Shown here in pieces: positions 24,886 to 32,000 of a stretch of DNA of 32,000 nt; position 1 is the first letter of the stretch; every line of letters starts with the position of its first letter. The position numbers were made by a program, and so were the translations under genes. The notes under the pieces were generated by a model. The model saw only the letters and a list, made by a program, of their open reading frames with translations. It was not told the origin of the DNA and did not search any database. Source of the stretch: Pyrofollis japonicus (GTDB lineage Archaea > Thermoproteota > Thermoprotei_A > Sulfolobales > Pyrodictiaceae); NCBI RefSeq assembly GCF_033097485.1, contig NZ_AP028634.1:765126-797125 (forward strand), given 5' to 3'.

Positions 24886-25932
24886 CTAGGGGTGCAGTGG
24901 GGGCGTGCTGAGCCCAGCTTCTTCAGGGAATCCCCTTGATACGTTGAAGGCCTGGACGGCTTGGCCAGCAGCTCCTCTTACAAGGTTATCTATTGCCGCG
25001 AACCCTGTCACCCTGCGAAGCCTCCTTTCTACAGCGTACCCTACGTCGGCGAAGTTGCTTCCCTGGACAAACTTCGGGCTAATTGTCCCTTGGCGCCCTA
25101 CGGGAACTATGCGTACAAACTTGGAGCCACGATAGGTTTCTGCATATGCTTTGGCGACATCGGTCTCCGATACCCCTTCACGTAGCCATGCATAAGCTGA
25201 TGCCAGGACGCCGCGGATGGAGGGGACAGCATGGGGGACAAGCGACACTTTTATCCTCGTACCGGCTAGTCGGCTTAGCTCCTGCTCCGCTTCCGCTGCG
25301 TGGCGGTGACCGCTCACCGAGTACGGATGTATTGAGCCCTCCCTCTCCGGGTGGTGCGAGGACCTGCTGGGCTTGGAGCCCCTCTCGCTGCTCCCCGCCT
25401 TAACATCGACAACTATCCTGGTGTCCTCAATGAGGTCATGCTTTACCAGGGGTGCCGATGCGAGTATGGCTGCTGTGGCGTTGCAGCCCGGTGACGCTAT
25501 TAGCTTGGCGCCTTTTAGTTCGTCGCGGTGGAGCTCTGGTAGGCCGTAGACTGCTTTCTCTAGGAGCTCGGGGTAGGGATGCTCAAAGCCGTACCATAGC
25601 TTATAGGCTTCCGGATCCTTGAGCCGGTAATCGGCGCTCAGGTCAACTACTTGTACGCCGGACTCGTAGAGCCGTGCCGTGGTCTCTAGGCCGACACCGT
25701 GGGGGAGTGCGGAGAAGACGACGTCGGCTTCGAGGGCCTTATCTATGCTCATTTTCTCGAAGCGTAATCCCTGGTAGAAGCCTCGGAGATTTGGGTGCGC
25801 GAAATAAATGGGAGCGCCAGCATATTCTCTGCTAGTCACGTAGAATACCTCTACATGTGGGTGGGCCGCGAGTATTCTGAGCAGTTCTCCGCCAGTATAT
25901 CCCGAACCACCAAGTATTGCTGCGCGGAGCAA
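24886..25932 (-). CDS. lysY: [LysW]-aminoadipyl-phosphate / N-acetyl-gamma-glutamyl-phosphate reductase
   Basis: Rossmann motif AAILGGSGYTGGELLRIL and the catalytic Cys motif ASPGCNATA. TTG 25932 (MLRAAILGG…) gives the family-typical ~348 aa. The track ORF extends to ATG 26058 through 42 non-conserved codons. Confidence 0.88.
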   Translation of the reverse strand: MLRAAILGGSGYTGGELLRILAAHPHVEVFYVTSREYAGAPIYFAHPNLRGFYQGLRFEKMSIDKALEADVVFSALPHGVGLETTARLYESGVQVVDLSADYRLKDPEAYKLWYGFEHPYPELLEKAVYGLPELHRDELKGAKLIASPGCNATAAILASAPLVKHDLIEDTRIVVDVKAGSSERGSKPSRSSHHPEREGSIHPYSVSGHRHAAEAEQELSRLAGTRIKVSLVPHAVPSIRGVLASAYAWLREGVSETDVAKAYAETYRGSKFVRIVPVGRQGTISPKFVQGSNFADVGYAVERRLRRVTGFAAIDNLVRGAAGQAVQAFNVSRGFPEEAGLSTPPLHP

Positions 25933-26052
25933 ACCCGTAACAACCCCATTGCCGGGAGCCGCGTGCGGAGCAATACTATGTAGTCTCTGCTCCGTCCAGC
26001 TTCGCAAGCCCCGGTACGCGGATTTAATAGGCCAGGGTGGCTGCCGGTTGAG

Positions 26053-26098
26053 ATTCATTGAAACAGCATTAAATGAATCCGCACCAATTCATTGAGAC
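26053..26098. promoter_or_regulatory. Repeat-structured candidate operator in the divergent lysY/lysW control region
   Basis: ATTCATTGAAAC (26053-26064), AATGAAT (26072-26078, inverted) and ATTCATTGAGAC (26087-26098), read directly from the sequence. Confidence 0.4.
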
Positions 26099-26181
26099 AA
26101 GGGGCTTAAATACTGTACTAGCAGAGGTACCTCGGAGTACATGAACCAGTACCCAAAACACGTTCGTGGAGGCTGGTAGGT

Positions 26182-26355
26182 GTGCCAACGCTCAAGTGCC
26201 CCGTATGCGGGAACCCGGTAGAAGTCCCAGACGACGCAATGCCGGGCGAACTCATAGAGCATGACTGTGGAGTTGTGCTAGAGGTTTACCGCGACCAGAA
26301 CGGCAACCTAGCGCTTAGGCCCTTCGAGGGCGTCCAAGAGGACTGGGGAGAATAA
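26182..26355 (+). CDS. lysW: LysW amino-group carrier protein (alpha-aminoadipate/glutamate carrier), 57 aa
   Basis: Hand translation from GTG 26182 gives VPTLKCPVCGNPVEVPDDAMPGELIEHDCGVVLEVYRDQNGNLALRPFEGVQEDWGE*. It has a zinc-ribbon-like CxxC…HxC and the diagnostic C-terminal EDWGE. GGAGG lies 10 nt upstream. It is below the ORF-track size cut-off. Confidence 0.9.
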   Translation: MPTLKCPVCGNPVEVPDDAMPGELIEHDCGVVLEVYRDQNGNLALRPFEGVQEDWGE

Positions 26356-26378
26356 GGCGATAAGAGGGCTGGTCCTGT

Positions 26379-27215
26379 ATGGTGAAAGTGTTTTTCCTCT
26401 ACGATGTACTGCGCCTTGATGAGAAGATGCTCCTAGACCGTTTGCGTGCAAGAGCGCAGGTTGAGCCTCTTCACGTCTCGTCCTCGATTCTCGAGATAGG
26501 CGGCTACGCTGAGGCAGATGTCGCACTTCAGCGCTCGATAAGCTTCTATCGCGCAATGTCGTCAACCGTTGCCGTGGAGTCGTGGGGTATAAGGGTCATT
26601 AATAATAGTCTTGCCCTCGCAATGGCCGAGGATAAGGCGTGGAGCCTCTCAGTCCTATATCAGCACAAGATCCCCGTTCCCCGCACGCTTCTCGCCTACA
26701 GCATTGACTCCGCTGTAGAAGCTGCCCGCAAACTCGGCTTCCCCGTAGTCATGAAGCCCCTTATGGGTAGCTGGGGGCGCCTAGCCGCCCTTGCCTCCGA
26801 CGAGGAGGCTGCGAGGGCTATAGCCGAGCACCGAGAGATGCTTGGAAGCATGTATAAGGTACACTATGTGCAAGAGTACATTGATAAGCCTGGCCGCGAC
26901 ATAAGGGCAATGTGTATCGGCGATGGAGTCCCGGCCGCGATATACCGTGTGAGCAATCACTGGATCACAAACACGGCGCGTGGTGGGAGAGCTGAACCAG
27001 CCAAGGTTGACCCCATACTCGAGGACCTGGTTATTAGGTCGTGTAAGGCGCTAAAGGTCGAGGTCGGCGGCGTGGACGTCGTTGAGGACCCCGAAAGGGG
27101 TTATGTAGTTCTCGAGGTCAACGCGGTCCCCGAGTACAAGAACATCGCAAGGGTTACTGGAGTAGATATTGCAGACGAGATAGCCCGCTACGTCGTCGAG
27201 CAGGCGAAGAGGTAA
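26379..27215 (+). CDS. lysX: LysX, ATP-grasp (RimK-family) ligase that attaches aminoadipate (or glutamate) to LysW
   Basis: 278 aa with the RimK/LysX pattern (FPVVMKPLMGSWGR, VQEYI, GGVDVVE…VLEVNAVPEY). It lies directly downstream of lysW. Confidence 0.9.
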   Translation: MVKVFFLYDVLRLDEKMLLDRLRARAQVEPLHVSSSILEIGGYAEADVALQRSISFYRAMSSTVAVESWGIRVINNSLALAMAEDKAWSLSVLYQHKIPVPRTLLAYSIDSAVEAARKLGFPVVMKPLMGSWGRLAALASDEEAARAIAEHREMLGSMYKVHYVQEYIDKPGRDIRAMCIGDGVPAAIYRVSNHWITNTARGGRAEPAKVDPILEDLVIRSCKALKVEVGGVDVVEDPERGYVVLEVNAVPEYKNIARVTGVDIADEIARYVVEQAKR

Positions 27216-27268
27216 GGCTCGTCAAGCTTGCCCACGCTACGCTTGCCCTTAATCGGTGACCATGAGCC

Positions 27269-28420
27269 TTGGTTCTCGAGCTCTTCCGCTACTACGGGTC
27301 GCGTGGGCTGCGCATAGCTCGCGCAAGCATGCAGTATGTTTGGGACACTAATGGGACAAGGTACCTGGATGCACACACGGGTCATGGCGTTGCTTTCCTC
27401 GGGCACAATAATCCCAGGATTGTCTCTAGGCTTAGGAGGCAGCTTAACGAGCTAACGATATGTAGTCCCTCCTTCGAGTGTAGTGTTCAGCAAGAGGCCG
27501 TGGAGAAGCTCAGCAGAGTCGCGCCGCCCGGAGCCGATACCGTCTTGTTCGCTAATAGTGGAGCGGAGGCCGTGGAGACTGCCCTCAAGATAGCATGGGC
27601 CTATACGGGGAGGAGAAAGGTTGTAGCCTTCAAGGGCTCCTTTCATGGCCGGACGCTGGGCGCGTTGAGCGTCACGTGGAGCCCTAGCTATAGGAAAGGG
27701 TTCCCCGTCCTGGAGGACGTTGAGTTTATCCCTTACAACGCTGAGCCCTATGTGGTTGAGAAGGCTGTTGACGAGAATACTGCAGCTATTATAGTTGAGC
27801 CTGTCCTCGGGGAAGGCGGTGTTGTCCTGGCGGAGAAGGGGTTCTTAGAAGCTGTTAAGAAGGTGGCAAGGGAGAATGGTGCTGTCCTCATAGTGGATGA
27901 GGTCCAGACTGGGTTCGGTAGGACGGGGCGTACGTGGTGCCTAGAGCACTATGGTATTAGGCCTGACATTGTTACTGCTGGCAAGGCTCTTGGTGGAGGT
28001 TTCCCTGTCTCGGCGGTATTTACTAGGAGGGAGCTGGCTGAGAGCCTTCGTGGAGGACGGCATGGGTCAACTTATGCCGGGAATCCTCTTGCCTTAGCGG
28101 CGGTCTCTGCTGCAGTAGACGTTTTGCTTGAAGAAGGTGTTGCTGTGCGTGCAGCTGAGGCTGGGAAGGCGCTGCTTGATGCCCTTGTTGACAGGGTTGG
28201 CGGGAACCGGCTTGTCCGCGATATCCGGGGCAAGGGGCTCATGATTGGCGTCGAGCTCCGTAAGCAGCCCCTTCCCGTCCTCAAGTGTATGCAGGATAGG
28301 TTCCATGTGCTCGCCCTGCGTGCAGGTATTACAGTTGTACGTCTGCTCCCACCATATAGTATAGGTCTTGGGGACGTGGAGGCGATAGTAGGTGCGATTC
28401 GCGGATGCCTTGAGGGCTGA
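27269..28420 (+). CDS. lysJ: Class-III aminotransferase, [LysW]-aminoadipate semialdehyde / acetylornithine aminotransferase
   Basis: Motifs GSFHGRT, DEVQTGFGRTG and TAGKALGGGFP (PLP lysine). TTG start. Confidence 0.9.
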   Translation: MVLELFRYYGSRGLRIARASMQYVWDTNGTRYLDAHTGHGVAFLGHNNPRIVSRLRRQLNELTICSPSFECSVQQEAVEKLSRVAPPGADTVLFANSGAEAVETALKIAWAYTGRRKVVAFKGSFHGRTLGALSVTWSPSYRKGFPVLEDVEFIPYNAEPYVVEKAVDENTAAIIVEPVLGEGGVVLAEKGFLEAVKKVARENGAVLIVDEVQTGFGRTGRTWCLEHYGIRPDIVTAGKALGGGFPVSAVFTRRELAESLRGGRHGSTYAGNPLALAAVSAAVDVLLEEGVAVRAAEAGKALLDALVDRVGGNRLVRDIRGKGLMIGVELRKQPLPVLKCMQDRFHVLALRAGITVVRLLPPYSIGLGDVEAIVGAIRGCLEG

Positions 28421-29480
28421 GGACATCCTAAAGACTCTGTACAGTGTAGTCTCTATTCCTAGCCCCTCTGGGAATGAGGGCAGAGTAGTAAAGGCTTTAA
28501 TCGACATAGCGGAGTCCATGGGGCTCGATGCATGGGTTGACAGGGCTACTAACTTCTACGCAGCACCGCGCAACGCGCCCAGCCAGCCACTCATACTCCT
28601 CGCGAGCCACGTGGATACTGTGAGGGACTGGTTCCCAGCGAGCCTTGAAGACGGCGCAGTAAGGGGTAGGGGTGCTGTTGATGCCAAGGGGCCCCTTGTG
28701 TCAATGATCTACGCTGTCGCAACGCTTGCTAGAATTGATGATTCTTTGCCGGTCTGGGTTGCTGGCTTTGTGGGTGAAGAGGCGGATAGCCCGGGCGCAA
28801 AATACTTCCTCGAAACCGGGCCCCGCAGCATTAGACACATAGTAATAGGCGAACCAACTGGCACGACCAGAATAGCAATAGGGTATAGGGGCTCAGCGAG
28901 GATAGCTGTAGCGTGCAGCGGGAGAGGAGGGCATAGTGCTTCTCCATGGATGGGTGAGTCTGCGCTGCTCAAGGCGGCGAAGATAGTTGAAGAACTGGCT
29001 GCTAGGAAGCCCTCGGTCGCCGAGGTAACCTTTACCCCCACGAGGCTCGTTGCAGGGGAAGGAGACAACGTTGTCCCAATGAAGGCAGAGCTAATTCTAG
29101 ACACACGCATCCCTCCCGGAAAAGACCTGGGCAACGCCCTCGAAGAGCTGCAGCGTATCCTGCCTACGGGCTGCGAAGCCAGAGCCATGGGAGAGTACGT
29201 GCCCCCCGTCAAGGTCTCTCTTAACAAGCCTGTTCCCCGTGCACTCGTAAGAGCGATACTAAGGATCGGGGAGAAGCCGAGACCAGTAGTGAAGGCAGGT
29301 ACAAGCGATATGAACTACCTGGTAAGGATGACAGATAGTATTGCAGCATACGGTCCAGGCGACCCCAGTCTTGCACATACAAGGCTTGAGAGGATAACTG
29401 GCGAGGAATTATTGAAGGCCATCCAAGTATACGTTGAGGCTGTACTGGAGCTTCTAAGGGGGAAGAACACACTGGGATAA
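28392..29480 (+). CDS. lysK: M20-family [LysW]-lysine hydrolase / acetylornithine deacetylase
   Basis: Motifs LLASHVDTV, GRGAVDAKG and GEEADS, plus the dimerisation-domain pattern. The GTG start overlaps the lysJ end by 29 nt. Confidence 0.88.
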   Translation: MRFADALRAEDILKTLYSVVSIPSPSGNEGRVVKALIDIAESMGLDAWVDRATNFYAAPRNAPSQPLILLASHVDTVRDWFPASLEDGAVRGRGAVDAKGPLVSMIYAVATLARIDDSLPVWVAGFVGEEADSPGAKYFLETGPRSIRHIVIGEPTGTTRIAIGYRGSARIAVACSGRGGHSASPWMGESALLKAAKIVEELAARKPSVAEVTFTPTRLVAGEGDNVVPMKAELILDTRIPPGKDLGNALEELQRILPTGCEARAMGEYVPPVKVSLNKPVPRALVRAILRIGEKPRPVVKAGTSDMNYLVRMTDSIAAYGPGDPSLAHTRLERITGEELLKAIQVYVEAVLELLRGKNTLG

Positions 29481-29508
29481 AAACGCTGCAAGAAGACTAA
29501 GAGGCTGA

Positions 29509-30372
29509 TCAAGTGTTTCCTCGTTTATTGCCCCTAGCAACCACGAGCCCAGCCGCTACTAGTAGAATAGACTCCGCGACCAAAGCCCACGCCAGGTAGT
29601 GGAACAGCTTAAACATGTCCGGCAGCCTTACGCTGACTTCGCGTAGAGCTAAGCGCTCCTTTTCCACGAGGTAGAAGGGAAATGACTTACACTTAGCGCT
29701 CGCTATCCAATGTGGCTGACTCCATTCTATATCGTAGAACCCAGTGGTACTGTAGTTGGCTTCCTGGGGCAAAAGCATAGCCTTATCCTCTTCAATCACT
29801 AGTGGGACACTGAGCGTGACCACGGTCTCCGGGAAACCGAACTGGAGTCTAGCAACCTCGGCAGGCCTCGTCAAGGGGTCTAGCACGATATACGAGTCTC
29901 TGAACTCGACATAGATATCGAGTACCGCGCGCTTAAGGCTGGGACACATCGTTTTAATCAAGCCAATTGTATCGTTGTCGAGGCGTAGATCGGGGAGCGT
30001 GCCACTAAACAAGGGGTCCGAGGAAGACAGTACCTCGTAGTATCTATGCTCTAGGGGGCTCTGTACGTAGATGTAGCGCTTTAGGAGGAATCGCTTACAG
30101 TTATGCGGCTCTACGGGGTATACGAAGTAGTCTATTTCAGCTATGTATCCGAATATGCTGTCAAGCTGCGGCGTAGGGCTATCATACTCCTTACTGATTA
30201 CGTGGAAACCATACCCAGTATATACTCCGTCCTCGCAAATATCAGCACTAAATACGACGACACGGCGCACATCGTGAAGAGTCTGCTTGCTAGATACAAG
30301 TAGGGCAAGGACAACATTACTGATACCGATTACTACAAGGAGTATTGCAACCAGGAGCCTAGTTCTAGACAA
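29509..30372 (-). CDS. Hypothetical bitopic protein (N- and C-terminal TM helices, ~220-aa extracytoplasmic domain)
   Basis: 287 aa with a TTG start. TM1 is LLVAILLVVIGISNVVLALLV and the C-terminal TM is LAWALVAESILLVAAGLVVA followed by a basic tail. I recognise no family motif. Confidence 0.5.
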   Translation of the reverse strand: MSRTRLLVAILLVVIGISNVVLALLVSSKQTLHDVRRVVVFSADICEDGVYTGYGFHVISKEYDSPTPQLDSIFGYIAEIDYFVYPVEPHNCKRFLLKRYIYVQSPLEHRYYEVLSSSDPLFSGTLPDLRLDNDTIGLIKTMCPSLKRAVLDIYVEFRDSYIVLDPLTRPAEVARLQFGFPETVVTLSVPLVIEEDKAMLLPQEANYSTTGFYDIEWSQPHWIASAKCKSFPFYLVEKERLALREVSVRLPDMFKLFHYLAWALVAESILLVAAGLVVARGNKRGNT

Positions 30373-30727
30373 TAATGGGCGCCCCCAATGTACTACTATA
30401 TTAGGCCTATTATTTTACCATATTGCTATATTGTCTGCCGAGGCACGAGAGATTATACAAAAACTGCTGCCCGGCATCATCACTGGGAACAGCGTGTTTT
30501 TATCCCCATGATAAAGGATAAGGCTGCCTGGATAGTGCTGAGTCTTTCGAACCCCGCTTACCCTCCTCGAAGAATGAGGGGATGAAGAGGGGCTGAGCAC
30601 TGAGAAGCCGCTAAGAAAAGCCAAGGAAGCCGCACACGCTACGCACATGAGTTATTTGGTCGAAGCATTGTGCTCATTAATCAGTCACTACTATGACTAT
30701 ATGGCTATGTCGTTAGTTGTGTAGCGT

Positions 30728-32000
30728 CTAAGCAGGCTTTGCCCTACCCCACTTCTCTAGGGCTCTTCTCAGCTCAGTGTGTGTCTTCGCGTATTCTTCT
30801 AGCTCTATTCCCTTTATTGTAGCCTCTATGGCTTGTCTAACAGCTGCTGCTCCCGCCCTAGGACCGTCGGGGTGACCGAGGACGCCGCCGCCTACTTGGA
30901 GGACTAGGTCTATGCCTAGGTGCTTTATCACGTCTGGGATGTTTCCGGGGTGCAGGCCGCCGGAGGATACCGGGACTGCTGGCTTTATGTGGTGGAAGTC
31001 TTGAGGTAGGCGGACCTCGTCGCCTTCAAGGGGCTTGAAGGTTTTCTCTCTTAGGACGTTAGCGTTGCTTAACACCTCTATGGTCTTTGCCTCCATTTTT
31101 CCTACTCCTGGTACGCCTATGTGTAGCTGGTCTATGCCTATGATGCGGTAGAGCTTTGCTAGGACGAACATTGATGCGCCGTGGTACGGGTCGCGCGTGA
31201 AGGCTGCGTGGAATGCTCTGTGGCCGTGGATTGCTAGGCCGTATTCCTCGGCGAGGTCGCGGATGTATGTTACTGTGCTCCAACCCGCGATGACGACGTC
31301 AACCATTACGTATGGATTTCCGTAGTCTGCTACGAGTTTAAGCCTCTTCTCCATTTCTCTTACATCGCTGGTTATGTTTGCAAACCAGACTTTCCTCTCA
31401 CCGGTCTCTTTCTCTGCCTTCTCGATAGCCCTCATTATCGCCTTTGCCCGTGCCTCGAAACGGCAAAACTTGGGGCTTGTGAGGTTTTCATCGTCCTTTA
31501 TGTAGTCCATTCCACCAACGAGTATCTCGTACGCTACTCTCTCCGCCTCATCGGGAGAATAACCAACCTTGGGCTTTGGAACCGTGCCGACTATAGGGCG
31601 GTCGTAGACGCGGAATATTTCGCGTACGCCTGGAAGACCCTTGTTCGGGCCCTTAAAGTACTCGAGAAACTTCTTCGGGAAGTAGATGTCCTCGAGTCTT
31701 AGCTTCTTAATCCTTTTCATTCCATAGACGTTGCCCGCCACAGAGGCCATGAAGCCAGCTATGTTTCCTTCCTCGAACAAGTCCACAGGGTATGCTACTC
31801 TCACCAAGTAGCTTCCATCACCGAGGCCGCGTATCTCATAAGCAATGCCCTTGAGTTTCTCGACTCGTTCACGAGAATACCACTCATAGAGTGTTGTCCA
31901 GGTGCCTACACTGCTCTCTGCCGCTATGGCTCCAGCTACATCGGTGGCACTGAAGCCTTCAGAGGGAATAGCGCGATATGTTACTATGATGTGCTCCTCA
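30728..32000 (-). CDS. rbcL: Type III ribulose-1,5-bisphosphate carboxylase/oxygenase large subunit; the 5' end lies beyond the window
   Basis: Motifs GTVPKPKVG, GGMDYIKDDENL (carbamylated-Lys region), IHGHRAFHAAF, SSGGLHPG and GGGVLGHPDG. Hand translation shows the frame stays open from 31807 to 31999 (…AAESSVGTWTTLYEWYS…), so the track Met (a GTG codon) is internal. Confidence 0.95.
   Translation of the reverse strand, partial: EEHIIVTYRAIPSEGFSATDVAGAIAAESSVGTWTTLYEWYSRERVEKLKGIAYEIRGLGDGSYLVRVAYPVDLFEEGNIAGFMASVAGNVYGMKRIKKLRLEDIYFPKKFLEYFKGPNKGLPGVREIFRVYDRPIVGTVPKPKVGYSPDEAERVAYEILVGGMDYIKDDENLTSPKFCRFEARAKAIMRAIEKAEKETGERKVWFANITSDVREMEKRLKLVADYGNPYVMVDVVIAGWSTVTYIRDLAEEYGLAIHGHRAFHAAFTRDPYHGASMFVLAKLYRIIGIDQLHIGVPGVGKMEAKTIEVLSNANVLREKTFKPLEGDEVRLPQDFHHIKPAVPVSSGGLHPGNIPDVIKHLGIDLVLQVGGGVLGHPDGPRAGAAAVRQAIEATIKGIELEEYAKTHTELRRALEKWGRAKPA

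Noticed and set aside
30477-30483. C/D-box sRNA: a C-box-like GTGATGA on the minus strand, and AUGAAGA…CUGA…CUGA on the plus strand at 30571-30595
   Set aside because: There is no correctly spaced D box (CUGA) or C'/D' pair. The plus-strand elements are too close together to hold guide sequences.
30546-30555. tRNA T-loop-like GGGGTTCGAA (minus strand) in the rbcL-downstream spacer
   Set aside because: The flanking bases do not form a T-stem, acceptor stem or anticodon arm, and no D-arm lies at the right distance.
30388-30648. 65-77-aa ORFs on both strands in the 355-bp spacer between rbcL and the bitopic membrane-protein gene
   Set aside because: They mutually overlap, have no SD or promoter logic, and have implausible compositions. 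The spacer more likely holds the rbcL terminator (a T-rich run on the minus strand near 30611-30620) and the downstream promoter.
1-32000. CRISPR arrays, rRNA or tRNA genes, IS elements, transposases or integrases
   Set aside because: I saw no regularly spaced direct repeats, no GC-rich structured-RNA blocks, and no DDE, tyrosine-recombinase or serine-recombinase motifs in any listed ORF or in my reading of the intergenic regions.

Overview
The window looks like the chromosome of a hyperthermophilic crenarchaeon, probably Desulfurococcales or Pyrodictiaceae-like. This is inferred from gene content and composition, not from any search. Most of it is housekeeping DNA at about 55% GC. These GC values are my own hand counts of single 60-nt lines. 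The housekeeping genes are a frameshifted MFS transporter, a five-gene Dpp/Opp-type peptide ABC transporter, and an Lrp/AsnC regulator. There is also a DUF89 / 2-hydroxyacid dehydrogenase / class-V aminotransferase operon. Further genes are an MBL hydrolase, an FAH-family hydrolase, MobB and a group-II PLP decarboxylase. The window also holds a complete divergent LysW-type amino-group-carrier cluster: lysZ and lysY on one strand, lysW-lysX-lysJ-lysK on the other. The 57-aa lysW is missing from the ORF track. The right edge cuts the 5' end of a type III RuBisCO large subunit. Two segments differ from this background in composition. Segment (a), about 7.8-11.2 kb at ~42% GC, holds a 346-aa protein with two HTH-like segments convergent with a 669-aa secreted or anchored orphan. 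Segment (b), about 14.83-19.19 kb, falls to 35% GC in coding DNA and 13% in one 60-nt line. It contains a tightly coupled two-gene cassette: a protein with a clear PD-(D/E)xK nuclease motif set, followed by an unrecognisable helical partner. It also holds a 252-aa orphan and about 1.4 kb of stop-saturated DNA with no credible gene. The two-gene cassette is my best candidate for an undescribed defence- or toxin-like system. I saw no rRNA, tRNA, CRISPR array, transposase or integrase.
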